From Desulfurococcales archaeon (GTDB taxonomy: Archaea; Thermoproteota; Thermoprotei_A; Sulfolobales; NBVN01): a stretch of DNA of 60,567 bases. The stretch lies in contig JALSOP010000022.1 in assembly GCA_026986435.1 (NCBI GenBank), positions 1 through 60,567 of the forward strand, written 5' to 3'. A program made the translations under genes and the position numbers. Positions 43,284 to 52,801 of the stretch are shown one piece after another; position 1 is the first letter of the stretch, and the number at the start of each line of letters is the position of its first letter. The notes beneath the pieces were generated by a model. That model saw nothing but the letters and a program-made list of their open reading frames with translations, had not been told where the DNA came from and made no database searches.

Positions 43284-45310
43284 GTCACGACGTACTCAGC
43301 CACCTCTCTGACGTAGTCCCCTGCCGACCTCATCTTAAGTAACCTGCGCGCAAAGTCCCCGAAGGATATACCCTCTGCCTCCCTCCACCTTCGGTAGGAC
43401 TCACACATCTTCTCAGCTGCTATATAGTGCATTACGCAGAGGGGTAATCCGAGACTCTCTCCGTAGGATACTCTCCCGCAGATGACGCACCGGGGCACTA
43501 CCTCATCCTTAACTACCTTCAAGGCTCTTAGAAGCGATGCTCTGTCCCTCGAATCTATCAGTTCCTTCACGTGATTGAGGCGAGGTTCCAGAAACTCTTT
43601 CGCCTCCGTCACAACATCCGCCCTACGTTTCCTCCCTAATCTGACGCTCTCAACCTCCTCCTCAAACTTCCTAGTGAGCGACACGTCGGTTATTTCACTG
43701 AAGAACTCACTCAGGGCGAAAGCCACCTGAAACCCGAGCTCTGTAGGAATTAGGTAACCGCTCTTTACCTCAACATACCCGCGCCTCACTATCGTCTCTA
43801 TGATCTCCGCCCTCGTAGCCTCTGTGCCGATGCCAACAGACTCCATCCACCTTAGGAGGGAGGCCTTCGTGTATCTCTTTGGAGCTCTCGAGAGCTGGAG
43901 CTTTATCTTCACGGACTTGAGCCGGAGCTCATCGCCCGGTGAGAGAAGCGGGACACGAGTCTCTTTGATGTCCGTGAAGGGATAGATATCGAGCCATCCC
44001 CTACTCTTAACAACCCTTCCCTTAATCTTGAAACAGACAACGTCATCGAAAGCAGCGTCGACATTCACAGTCGAAACTATTACCGGGTCCAGGAATGATG
44101 CTATGAATCTCCTCACGATCAGGTCGTACAGCCTCCACTTCCTCTCAGGCATGGGAAGCTTAGGTAGCTGGCCAGTGGGGTAGATCGCGGGATGCGCCGG
44201 ATCTGTTTTACTCCCTTGCACAGGCCTCCTCCCAATCGCCCTAGGAACAAACGAGGAGTACTGAGAGAGCCTACCAAGAGACCTAAGTATCGAATCCGTG
44301 TCCAGCGTCGGAGGGAGCTTCTGGGAATTAGTTCTCGGGTAACTTATCACACCATCAAGGTACAGCCCCTCACCAAGCCTCAGTACCTCCGCAGGTGATA
44401 TCCCGTATATCCTTGATGCCTCCTGCTGTAGGTCAGGTAGATTAAATGGTGGATTGGGGGCTATCCGTTCGTCTTTCTTTACGACATTTTTCACAATTGC
44501 GTAACCTATTGCCTTAATCCTCGCCATTAGCTCTCGCGCCTCTTCCCTGGTCCTAAGTCCCGCGGCCAGATCGACTTTGAGCACCTCCCCATTAGGTGCG
44601 ACGAGTTCGGCCACGACGCTATAGGATGGAAGGGGTACATGGGTCCTCCTCTCTATCTCTCTGTTTATTACCTGCTGAAGCGCTGGGGACTGCACCCTCC
44701 CGGCACTCAGGGGTTTCCTGTAGCTCATCACCCTCCTAAACATGTGCATTATCGCTCGGCTGACGTTAATCCCCCATATCCAGTCGAGTTCGTGCCTACA
44801 TAGCCCGGACTCGATCATGTCCCAGTCCAGCGGCATTAGGGACTGAAATGATTTCCTTAGCTCCTGCGGCGTCAGTGAAGAGAACTTCGCGCGCTTTGCC
44901 CTCCTCACATCACCTAACTCCTTGATAATGAGGTACCCTATGACAGAGCCCTCGATATCGTAGTCACAGGCATTGACGAATGCTTTGGCACCCCTTGCCA
45001 GCGCCTTAAGGGCTGAGTAGAACTTCTTGAGGAAGGAGGCCCCCCTCTCCCCCTCCCACCTAGGAACCCACCTATACTCAAAGACAGGGTAACTGTGCCT
45101 ATCCGTTACAAGAGTGAATAGGTGCCCCGCAGTAGACGATACTACCACGTACTCCCCCCGATAGTAACCGTACCAGTAAGGAACGCCGTAAACCCTGCCG
45201 AATCCCTTGAGGCCGAGGGCCCCCGCTATTTTTCTAGCTGCCTTAGGTTTCTCAGCAATAATCAGCACATAGCCAGGCCTCGGTAGCGAAGTTGTTGCTC
45301 TTCGACGCAA
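43256..45310 (-). CDS. topA: DNA topoisomerase, type IA (TopA/Topo III-like)
   Basis: Toprim start LIIAEKPKAARKIA, DxD (CDYDIEG), active-site region GVISYPRTNS and a C-terminal Zn finger. The likely start is the GTG at about 45268. Confidence 0.9.
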   Translation of the reverse strand: MRRRATTSLPRPGYVLIIAEKPKAARKIAGALGLKGFGRVYGVPYWYGYYRGEYVVVSSTAGHLFTLVTDRHSYPVFEYRWVPRWEGERGASFLKKFYSALKALARGAKAFVNACDYDIEGSVIGYLIIKELGDVRRAKRAKFSSLTPQELRKSFQSLMPLDWDMIESGLCRHELDWIWGINVSRAIMHMFRRVMSYRKPLSAGRVQSPALQQVINREIERRTHVPLPSYSVVAELVAPNGEVLKVDLAAGLRTREEARELMARIKAIGYAIVKNVVKKDERIAPNPPFNLPDLQQEASRIYGISPAEVLRLGEGLYLDGVISYPRTNSQKLPPTLDTDSILRSLGRLSQYSSFVPRAIGRRPVQGSKTDPAHPAIYPTGQLPKLPMPERKWRLYDLIVRRFIASFLDPVIVSTVNVDAAFDDVVCFKIKGRVVKSRGWLDIYPFTDIKETRVPLLSPGDELRLKSVKIKLQLSRAPKRYTKASLLRWMESVGIGTEATRAEIIETIVRRGYVEVKSGYLIPTELGFQVAFALSEFFSEITDVSLTRKFEEEVESVRLGRKRRADVVTEAKEFLEPRLNHVKELIDSRDRASLLRALKVVKDEVVPRCVICGRVSYGESLGLPLCVMHYIAAEKMCESYRRWREAEGISFGDFARRLLKMRSAGDYVREVAEYVVTHGLNISDK

Positions 45311-45321
45311 GCATAATCACC

Positions 45322-46446
45322 TCAGCCGATCAGGGGCACCGGGAAAGTCAGTAGAAGGAGTACGGCGTAAAGGATACCGAAGATAAGCTTGTCTTTCTCA
45401 TCTAGCCTTGAGAGAGTGTTCGCCGCACCTATGTGCGGCCTAGAGCCCGTGAGAAACATTGCCAGAATAGCGAATATTGATAACCACAACATCTGAGGAA
45501 ACAGCACACCCAAAATTATTAAGACAGCAAAGGAGGCTATGCCGGCAGCTCTGTGCACACCCGTGCTGGTTAGAGCCCTGAACACATGACCACCGTCAAG
45601 CTGCCCTATGGGTACTAGGTTAGCGAAGTGAAGCATCAGTATGAGCATGGACGCCAGTGCGGGGGGTGTCAAGATAACTACCGAGCCCTCTCCCAGGGTA
45701 CCGATTAGGGCGTACGCAAGCATCGGGGTCACGGTCACGTAACCCAGAAGCCCTGATGAGGCAGCCTTCTCAGCAATGTTATAGGGCAGAGTTGGGGAAG
45801 TCATCAAGAAAAGTACGAACAGCAGTGCAGAGGCAGTCACGCCTATGACTGGACCGGAGATCCCTAGCTCTGCCAGGTACTTGAGCCTTTTAGGGAGATA
45901 CCTCATGCGGATTATGGCCCCGAAAGTACCTAGGGGTGATATCACTGGTGCCGGTATGGGGGTCGGCAGATCTGCGGGAACCCCCGTGCTCCTGGCAACA
46001 AACGTATGGCCTAGCTCATGCAGCATCAAAGGCACGAGCACAGCCAATAAGAACAGGAACGCACTTATGAAAGGATCCATGCCGCCTAGGTCAGCACCTA
46101 ATTTCTGTAGACGTGACACGGCGTCATTAAATGATAATGTCTGCAAGTACCCAGTCAAGAAAACAGAAACCGCCGTAGCAACGGTCATAACAATACTCAG
46201 TAGCGCCCCCTTCTTGGGGGTACCGATATAGAATACTCTTAGTACCACGTTAGAGCCAGCACTGGCTAGGAGGACCGCGTAACCCGCGCTGATTAGCTCG
46301 TCATAGAGGGCATCGAACCGTTCATTGAGGTCGTCCTCGCTAATGTCACCGATTACGACGAACTCATAGAAACCCTCGGCCGACGATACCTTACCCACAT
46401 TGAAGTACTCCCTCACAACGCTCTCGACATCGACCCCATAGCCCAT
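45322..46446 (-). CDS. site-2 protease family (M50) membrane metalloprotease
   Basis: HELGH lies within a TM helix, a downstream LDGG motif is present, and the protein is polytopic. Confidence 0.8.
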   Translation of the reverse strand: MGYGVDVESVVREYFNVGKVSSAEGFYEFVVIGDISEDDLNERFDALYDELISAGYAVLLASAGSNVVLRVFYIGTPKKGALLSIVMTVATAVSVFLTGYLQTLSFNDAVSRLQKLGADLGGMDPFISAFLFLLAVLVPLMLHELGHTFVARSTGVPADLPTPIPAPVISPLGTFGAIIRMRYLPKRLKYLAELGISGPVIGVTASALLFVLFLMTSPTLPYNIAEKAASSGLLGYVTVTPMLAYALIGTLGEGSVVILTPPALASMLILMLHFANLVPIGQLDGGHVFRALTSTGVHRAAGIASFAVLIILGVLFPQMLWLSIFAILAMFLTGSRPHIGAANTLSRLDEKDKLIFGILYAVLLLLTFPVPLIG

Positions 46447-46447
46447 C

Positions 46448-46759
46448 TCAGACGCTCACCCTACCGAAAAGCATGCGCTCGATCTCGACTAGCCTCTGAA
46501 CAGAGACCTTCTCAACCGTGCCGTCAGGCTTTTCCCTAATGAGGGTGATCGGAAGGATACCCCTCTTAAGCTCCTCCATAGCTATCTCTATCGGGTCGAT
46601 AGTGCCGAGTTCCTTAATATCAATCAACGGCAATGCACCCAGCGAGAGCTGTAGCGCCCTAGCGGCAACTATCCTAGCTTTCTCGAACCTCGTGAGCCTC
46701 GGCAGACCAATCTTTATGTTTGCCTTCCTTAGCACCTCAGCTGGCCTCAGCCTCTTCAA
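46448..46759 (-). CDS. rpoK: DNA-directed RNA polymerase subunit K (Rpo6/Rpb6)
   Basis: LTRFEKARIVAARALQLSLGALPLI... Confidence 0.88.
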   Translation of the reverse strand: MKRLRPAEVLRKANIKIGLPRLTRFEKARIVAARALQLSLGALPLIDIKELGTIDPIEIAMEELKRGILPITLIREKPDGTVEKVSVQRLVEIERMLFGRVSV

Positions 46760-46855
46760 TGCCTATTACCCCGACCTACTCTCTGGTTATCAACGGGAAA
46801 ATAAGGGTTGCCGATGATGCGGGCCAGTGTTTTTAATGATAAAAGGGCATTAGCT

Positions 46856-48556
46856 TTAATCGAACTCGAACTTAGACTCCTCGCCGCCCTTACCCTTCTT
46901 TTCCTTCTCCTTCTTGGTTGGTGAGGCAGCGATTATGTCGTCAACCTTCAGTATCGCTGTAGCTGCCTCGGTAGCGGCGAGTATCACCTGCTTCTTCACG
47001 ATGACCGGGTCAATGACATTAATGGCGGCCATGTCCTCGACAACCTTACCCTTCATTACGTCGATGCCGGCGTTCTTCTTGCCGTCCCTGTGCAGCTTCC
47101 TCAGCTCCATGACGGTGTCAAGTGGGTCGAGGCCAGCTGTCTGCGCCAGCACGGTCACTATCTCCTCTATTGCGTCGGCGAACGCCTTGACGGCTAGCTG
47201 CTCCTTGCCGCCGATTGTCTCGGCGAACTTCCTCAGCTTCATGGCTATCTCGATCTCGGGGGCTCCGCCGCCAGCGACAATCTTCGGGTCCCTTATCAGG
47301 TTTCTCAGGGCGTGTAAGGCGTCCTGGAAGGACCTCTCGGCATCGTCGACGATCATGTCGTTGGCGCCCCTAATCAGTATGGTCACCGCCGCCGGGTTCT
47401 TGCATCCCTCGATGAAGATCATCTTGTCATTGCCGACTTTCCTCTCTTCGACTAGCTCTGCGTAGCCTAGGTCGTTCTCGGTCAGGTCCCTAATGCTGGT
47501 GACTATCCTGCCGCCGGTTGCTCTCTCTAGTTTCTCCATGTCTGATCTCTTTACTCTCCTTACTGCTAGTATGCCCTTCTTTGCCAGGAAGTGCTGAGCA
47601 ACATCATCAATACCCTTCTGACAAATCACAACATTAGCACCAACAGAAGCAATCTTGTCCACCATGTCCTTCAAGAGCCTCGTCTCCTCCTCTAGGAACA
47701 TCCTTATCTGCTCCGGGCTCGTGATGTTGATCTTGGCGGTTATGTCCGGCTTCTCGACCTCGAGAGGCGCGTCGATGAGGGCTATCTTAGCGTTCCTCAC
47801 GAGGCGAGGCATCCCTGGGTGCACGACCTCCTTGTCGAGAACGATGCCGTAGACCAGCTTGGTGTCGGCCAGGGAAGCGCCCTTCTTCTTCTCGATCTTG
47901 ATGTTGCCTAGCCTCACTATGTACTTACCGTTCTTCTTCTCCGTCACCTGGATGACGGCCCTAATTGCTATGTCGATGAGGTAGTCCATGATATCGGGAG
48001 TGGCCATGTACTTGCTCGACAGGGTTGTGTAGGCAACCCTGTAGAGAGCGTCGTAGAGCTCCTTCTTCTCCCTGATGTCCGCCTTGCCCTCCTTCACCTC
48101 GTCAAGCCCGCTTATGTCGACCTTCTCAGCTATCTCATCAAGAATCTCAACTGCCTTCTTGGCAGCCTTCTTGTAACCCTCGATAATTATTGTCGGGTGG
48201 ATGTTCTGGTCGAGGAGGTTCTCTGCCTTGGCCAGGAGCTCGCCAGCCAGTACCACGGCCGTCGTGGTGCCGTCACCGACCTCGGCGTCGACAGCCTTGG
48301 CGGTCTCGACGAGGAGCTTCGCAGCCGGGTGCTGTACCTCCATCTCCTTGACTATTGTTGCGCCGTCGTTTGTTACGGTGATGTCCCCGAAGGAGTCAAC
48401 AAGCATCTTGTCGAGCCCTTTCGGGCCAAGAGAGGTCTTGAGTATCTCGGCTAGCGCCTTCGCTGCGATGATGTTGTTCCGGAGGGCCTCCCTTCCATAG
48501 GTCCTGGAGGTCCCCTCCTTCAGCACAACTACGGGTACGCCATACATGGCAACCAT
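46856..48556 (-). CDS. ths: thermosome subunit (group II chaperonin)
   Basis: 566 aa containing ...[26 protein letters not shown]..., [23 protein letters not shown]. Confidence 0.95.
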   Translation of the reverse strand: MVAMYGVPVVVLKEGTSRTYGREALRNNIIAAKALAEILKTSLGPKGLDKMLVDSFGDITVTNDGATIVKEMEVQHPAAKLLVETAKAVDAEVGDGTTTAVVLAGELLAKAENLLDQNIHPTIIIEGYKKAAKKAVEILDEIAEKVDISGLDEVKEGKADIREKKELYDALYRVAYTTLSSKYMATPDIMDYLIDIAIRAVIQVTEKKNGKYIVRLGNIKIEKKKGASLADTKLVYGIVLDKEVVHPGMPRLVRNAKIALIDAPLEVEKPDITAKINITSPEQIRMFLEEETRLLKDMVDKIASVGANVVICQKGIDDVAQHFLAKKGILAVRRVKRSDMEKLERATGGRIVTSIRDLTENDLGYAELVEERKVGNDKMIFIEGCKNPAAVTILIRGANDMIVDDAERSFQDALHALRNLIRDPKIVAGGGAPEIEIAMKLRKFAETIGGKEQLAVKAFADAIEEIVTVLAQTAGLDPLDTVMELRKLHRDGKKNAGIDVMKGKVVEDMAAINVIDPVIVKKQVILAATEAATAILKVDDIIAASPTKKEKEKKGKGGEESKFEFD

Positions 48557-48570
48557 GACCGCATCCCGTT

Positions 48571-48598
48571 AGACCTAGGTAGGTCTCTTCTATATAAG
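48571..48598 (-). promoter_or_regulatory. thermosome promoter: TATA box plus 7-2-7 inverted repeat
   Basis: The minus strand reads CTTATATAGAAG-AGACCTA-CC-TAGGTCT-AACGGGATGCGGTC-ATG. The TATA centre is about 37 nt upstream of the ATG, and the perfect inverted repeat (48571-48586) fills the TATA-to-TSS interval. Confidence 0.5.
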
Positions 48599-48647
48599 TC
48601 TTCCCATCGTCACAGAGCCAAATCCTCAAATCCCCTCACATAATCAC

Positions 48648-48995
48648 TTGGTGGGTGAGCAGTTGCTCCCGCCGAGAGAGGCTGTGCTCAAGGCGTACGA
48701 GAGACTGGTTGACGAAGGAGATATAGACGCTGCCAACTTTCTCGTCGCTTCCCTAGCCGGGTACGCTCTCTACATATTCCGTGCTGGCGGGATCGGGCGG
48801 GAAGAGCTCAGCAAGTACTTCGACAGCCTGAGGTTCGAGATAGTTGACGGGCCCGATTACCTCAACCCTTACCTCATGGAGGTAATGGGTATAATGTCTG
48901 ACGAGGTCCTAGACGACGAAGCACTGTTCGCTGAGGCGAACGAGAAGCTCAGGTTCCTGCTCAAGGAAGAGAGGCTCGACAGGTTAGAGGTATGA
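48648..48995 (+). CDS. hypothetical acidic helical protein
   Basis: 115 aa. Its stop overlaps the start of the next gene (ATGA). No family was recognised. Confidence 0.45.
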   Translation: MVGEQLLPPREAVLKAYERLVDEGDIDAANFLVASLAGYALYIFRAGGIGREELSKYFDSLRFEIVDGPDYLNPYLMEVMGIMSDEVLDDEALFAEANEKLRFLLKEERLDRLEV

Positions 48996-49786
48996 CACCG
49001 TCCCTGTGCACAGCATGCGGGAGAAGGCCGGCAGTATACAGGAGGAGAGCCTCAGGCGAGGCCCTCTGCCTCAAGTGCCTGGAGAGAGCACTGACCAAGG
49101 CCTTAAGGAGAGGGCTTGCATCACTGGCTAGCCCGGAGTACGGCTCGAAACTGGTCTTCATCTCACTCCGCAGCTCACCCATAGCGAGCTCTGGGGCCGC
49201 CCACTTGCTCGGCACACTGGCTAAGAAGTACAGCAACGACGTCTTGGTTGTCGGTCACCCGGACGCCGCTGACCTAGCGGCGGGGCTGATTAAGGAAGTT
49301 GTTAAGGAAAGGCCTGAGGTCATGTATGTTAATGTCTCCTCGCTCGAGCCTGTCCCCGGGCCTGTCAGTGAGGCCAGGGCTGTGGCTGAGGCGATTAAGG
49401 AGAGGGGAGGTGTTATTGCTGTTACACCCATAACAGCCACGGACATCCTCTTAGACTCGTTAATCCGCCTAATGATCTATGGTATGAGGCCCTGTGAGTG
49501 CGCCTTACCAAGGTACTTAGTGGGGGACGCCGTGATCGTCTCGCCCTGGAGCAGGGTGCTGCTCACGGACATAAACGCTTACGTGGCTTTAAGGGGGCTC
49601 CCTATAGTGCACTCGATGAGGGCCTTTGCTGGTGTGAAGGGCGCTGACAAGGTCAAGAATCTCGTCGCGGAGCTTGAGAGGAGGAGCCCAGAGACTATCT
49701 ATAGGTTCGTTAAGTTCCTTCAGGCGGTGCTTCTCTCAGATAGGGGCATCCCTCAGAACGGGGGCTTCTCCCCTAGCCTATGGTAG
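48992..49786 (+). CDS. PP-loop ATPase-like protein (TtuA/NcsA-like fold) lacking the SGGxDS motif
   Basis: N-terminal CxxC-x16-CxxC ribbon (CTACGRRPAVYRRRASGEALCLKCL) as in NcsA/TtuA. The position of the PP-loop reads VFISLRSSPIAS. Later blocks (VTPITATDILLDSLIRL, IVSPWSRVLLTDINAYVALRGLP) resemble family motifs by eye. Confidence 0.45.
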   Translation: MTPSLCTACGRRPAVYRRRASGEALCLKCLERALTKALRRGLASLASPEYGSKLVFISLRSSPIASSGAAHLLGTLAKKYSNDVLVVGHPDAADLAAGLIKEVVKERPEVMYVNVSSLEPVPGPVSEARAVAEAIKERGGVIAVTPITATDILLDSLIRLMIYGMRPCECALPRYLVGDAVIVSPWSRVLLTDINAYVALRGLPIVHSMRAFAGVKGADKVKNLVAELERRSPETIYRFVKFLQAVLLSDRGIPQNGGFSPSLW

Positions 49787-50094
49787 CGGTTGCGGAGCCC
49801 TAGGAGTATTGCTTCGGCGTCGACGTCGGGGTTCATGAAGAACTCCCTCTGTCTCATGACTTCCTTACCTCTCTCGTAGTAGATCACTATCGGTGTGAAC
49901 TCCTCTCCTTCCATGGTGAAGACTGCTATGCCGAGGTTCCGGGCCTTGTTTTTCAGACTCTCCGCGAGCTTCTCCGCGAACTCGGCTGACTCACCCTCTG
50001 AGGGTGCGTACATTATTATTACCTGCTCGCTAGCTGCCACGAACTCCTTGGCTTCGTCAACGCTCCTTAGCCTCTTCATTACCACACCTCTCAC
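49753..50094 (-). CDS. hypothetical protein (thioredoxin-like topology without Cys?)
   Basis: 113 aa, the last gene of the DRG-led string. No family was recognised. Confidence 0.4.
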   Translation of the reverse strand: MRGVVMKRLRSVDEAKEFVAASEQVIIMYAPSEGESAEFAEKLAESLKNKARNLGIAVFTMEGEEFTPIVIYYERGKEVMRQREFFMNPDVDAEAILLGLRNRYHRLGEKPPF

Positions 50095-50869
50095 CTAGCT
50101 TCTTCCTAATCAACTCCTTCTCCGACCTGGTTAAGTAAATCTCGACATCGACCGGGGTCCTCCTCTCCTTCGGGTGCCTTATCCCCAGCGAGTTCGCCAG
50201 CACGTAGTCGTAGTGGAGCAGCGTTTGCAGTTCCTCGCACCCGAGTGAGTCCAGGAAGTACTCCAGCAACTCCCTGAAGTTCATTGACTCCTTGAGTCTC
50301 CTCTCACCGATCACTGCACCGCATACCAGGCACGTCATATCAGGCATTACTGAGTGGAAACCACAGTAAGGGCATTTAATCGGAAGCACCTGCGTCCTCT
50401 TCCTCATCCAGTGCTTCATCCACTTATACCTAAGCACGTCGGCGAGGTCTTCCCTACCATAGCGCCTGACCTCGGCGTAGAGCCTCGGCGCCGCCGCCAG
50501 GACAGCATCCTCTATGTTGTAGACGACGAACTCCAGCTGTGCCTCAGTGAGGCGCTCCTTAACGCCTAGCAATCTTGCCGCTATCAGCGGGTAAACCCTG
50601 TCTCTGTATCTATTCATTCTTTTAACCAGTACCTCCGCCTTAGTGTATGAGGACCTTGACCCATAGAGCATCTCGATGAGGTCAGAGAGAAGCTCTATGT
50701 ATTCCTCCTTCGTGAGCCCAAGCATGTCGAGCCCGCTGAGCTCGACGATCTTCTCAATGTACTTGTCTATCCAGCGCTCGATATTAACCTCTCTTCGCTT
50801 GCTTTTCTTCTTTGCTTTCTTCTTTACCTCCCTTTCTCCGCCCTCCTCCTTAGCCCTCTTTTTGGCCAA
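50057..50869 (-). CDS. hypothetical Lys-rich Zn-ribbon protein downstream of DRG
   Basis: 270 aa with a poly-Lys N-terminus (KKKAKKKSKRR) and a central CPYCG...CLVCG ribbon. It lies 17 nt downstream of the DRG gene. Confidence 0.5.
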   Translation of the reverse strand: MAKKRAKEEGGEREVKKKAKKKSKRREVNIERWIDKYIEKIVELSGLDMLGLTKEEYIELLSDLIEMLYGSRSSYTKAEVLVKRMNRYRDRVYPLIAARLLGVKERLTEAQLEFVVYNIEDAVLAAAPRLYAEVRRYGREDLADVLRYKWMKHWMRKRTQVLPIKCPYCGFHSVMPDMTCLVCGAVIGERRLKESMNFRELLEYFLDSLGCEELQTLLHYDYVLANSLGIRHPKERRTPVDVEIYLTRSEKELIRKKLGERCGNEEAKER

Positions 50870-50886
50870 GTTACCACCGAATCCTC

Positions 50887-52080
50887 TTATATCCCCTTAA
50901 TAGTTGTTCTAATCTCAATAATATCCCCGTCCTCCAGGACGTGGTCAAGGCCCACTCTCTCTCCTGGGAATTTCGCGGACGGGCCCCAGATGCGTGCATA
51001 CTTAAAGTACTGGAGGAACTCCTCCCTAATCTTCATTATTGCGTCAGCGATGGTAGCCCCCTTCTTCAAGATCAGCGGTATCTCTGAGGGCTTCTGCTGG
51101 TTGGGTTCCTTGGTGTATACCCTGATGACACCACTCAGCCTGAATATCCTCTGTGGGATCTCATTGATTCTATAACCTTTCAGTGCTGAAACAACGACGG
51201 TGTCAGAATCCGGGAGTGCCTCAACTATTTTTCTCGCCAGGGCCTCCGCTCTGGGCGCACTGACTAGGTCGACCTTGTTTAGGACGAAGAGCGCTCTCTT
51301 GAAGGATGTCCGCTCGAATATCGCCTTCTCCACGTCGTCGAGGGTGGCGTCACCATATATCTTCACTATCGCGTGGTAGATCCTGTAACTATTGAGGAGC
51401 TTGATGACGTCAGCGGCTGTAGCGTCGAGGAGTCTTCCGAGGGTTATGACCCTTATCCCGTGCACTGCCTTGGACCTCTCGATGACCACCCTTCCCTTTG
51501 GTCGCCGGAGCATTATTCCGGCCTCCCTTAGCTCCCCTATGATGGTCTTGAGCTGCTTAACCGGGTTGTTTGAGAGGTCTATGACTATCATTAGGAGGTC
51601 AGCGTTTCTGGCCATACCGAGAACTCTAGAACCCCACCACACGGCCCCCCTATGCATGCCCTCGACAACGGCTGGCGCCTCAACTAGTTGGAACTGAATA
51701 TCCTCATACCTGACCATTCCCGGCACGGGTTTAAGGGTTGTGAATGGCACACCCCTGATCTCGGGCTCTGCGTTCGTCAGAGCCCTGAGGAGCGTTGACT
51801 TACCCGAGAGGGTTTCTCCGAGCATAACGACCTGGGCCGCCCCTTCCTTCTGGACAAAGAATGATACACCACCGCCGCGCCTCCTCGCCTTTTGCTCCGC
51901 TATCTCCTCCTTCAGCTCAGCTATCTTGCGCCTGACCCACGCCCGGAGATTCTCCGTACCCTTATGCTTGGGGATGCTCGAGTAGAACTCCTGCAGCGCG
52001 TGGAGCTTCTCCTCCGGCGTCTTAGCGTCGAGGTACCTCGCCCACTTAGCCTTTGCTTCCGCCGGAAGGTTCGCTGGCAT
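50887..52080 (-). CDS. developmentally regulated GTP-binding protein homologue (DRG/Rbg, Obg-family GTPase with TGS domain)
   Basis: G1 GETLSGKSTLLRALT, G4 NKVD and a C-terminal TGS domain (VYTKEP...ILKKGATIADAIMKI...). Confidence 0.85.
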   Translation of the reverse strand: MPANLPAEAKAKWARYLDAKTPEEKLHALQEFYSSIPKHKGTENLRAWVRRKIAELKEEIAEQKARRRGGGVSFFVQKEGAAQVVMLGETLSGKSTLLRALTNAEPEIRGVPFTTLKPVPGMVRYEDIQFQLVEAPAVVEGMHRGAVWWGSRVLGMARNADLLMIVIDLSNNPVKQLKTIIGELREAGIMLRRPKGRVVIERSKAVHGIRVITLGRLLDATAADVIKLLNSYRIYHAIVKIYGDATLDDVEKAIFERTSFKRALFVLNKVDLVSAPRAEALARKIVEALPDSDTVVVSALKGYRINEIPQRIFRLSGVIRVYTKEPNQQKPSEIPLILKKGATIADAIMKIREEFLQYFKYARIWGPSAKFPGERVGLDHVLEDGDIIEIRTTIKGI

Positions 52081-52123
52081 ACTACACCACCGCTCGCTTT
52101 ACCTGGCCTAAACCTCAGCTCTC

Positions 52124-52801
52124 CTAGGACTCATCACTCCTCCCAGACTTAAAGAACTTAGTAAGACCCTCCCCCATACCAAGTCTCCTCAGCGTTTTCC
52201 AGGATCTGCGGACGATCGGGGGAAGATCTCTGCCCACACCAAGGAGCCAGGACCTTGTCCTTGGGTCAGAGGGGTAACCTGAACCGAAGTCCCCATACAC
52301 AGTATGTAAGGCTGCAACATGTTGCTCACGCAAGAACTTCGCCACGATCGAGGCGGCGGCTACGATTGCGTAACGTGAGTCTGCGCCTGCCTCCATAACT
52401 ATCCTTGACCCCGGCAACAGCTGCTTAAGTGGGGCTGTGTTCACCCCCTTGATTTCGTCGATGAAGACTGCGTCAACGCATGGGACAGTCACTGCAGCAA
52501 CGGCGATGATTTTTGTGAGGCCCCAGCCAAGCAATTTGTTCAGGTTCCACGAATCGATGATCCTAGGAGGGAACCTATTAGTCACTACAAGCTCAGCCCG
52601 CTCAAGTATAGCACGCGCCAGCTTGTCCCGTCTCCTTGGGCTGAGCCTCTTGCTATCCCTCACCCTCCCCCCAAAGAGCGACTCGATTATATCTTGATCC
52701 GCCGCTACCCCAACTTGGAACATATCACCTATTACCGGTCCGCGGCCAGCCTCATCAATCCCGAGAAGAAGGCATCTCCCCACCTCACAACCCCCGAGCA
52801 A
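52124..52801 (-). CDS. rnhB: ribonuclease HII
   Basis: LLGIDEAGRGPVIGDMF (DEAGRG motif), ...ADSRYAIVAAASIVAK... Confidence 0.9.
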   Translation of the reverse strand: MLGGCEVGRCLLLGIDEAGRGPVIGDMFQVGVAADQDIIESLFGGRVRDSKRLSPRRRDKLARAILERAELVVTNRFPPRIIDSWNLNKLLGWGLTKIIAVAAVTVPCVDAVFIDEIKGVNTAPLKQLLPGSRIVMEAGADSRYAIVAAASIVAKFLREQHVAALHTVYGDFGSGYPSDPRTRSWLLGVGRDLPPIVRRSWKTLRRLGMGEGLTKFFKSGRSDES

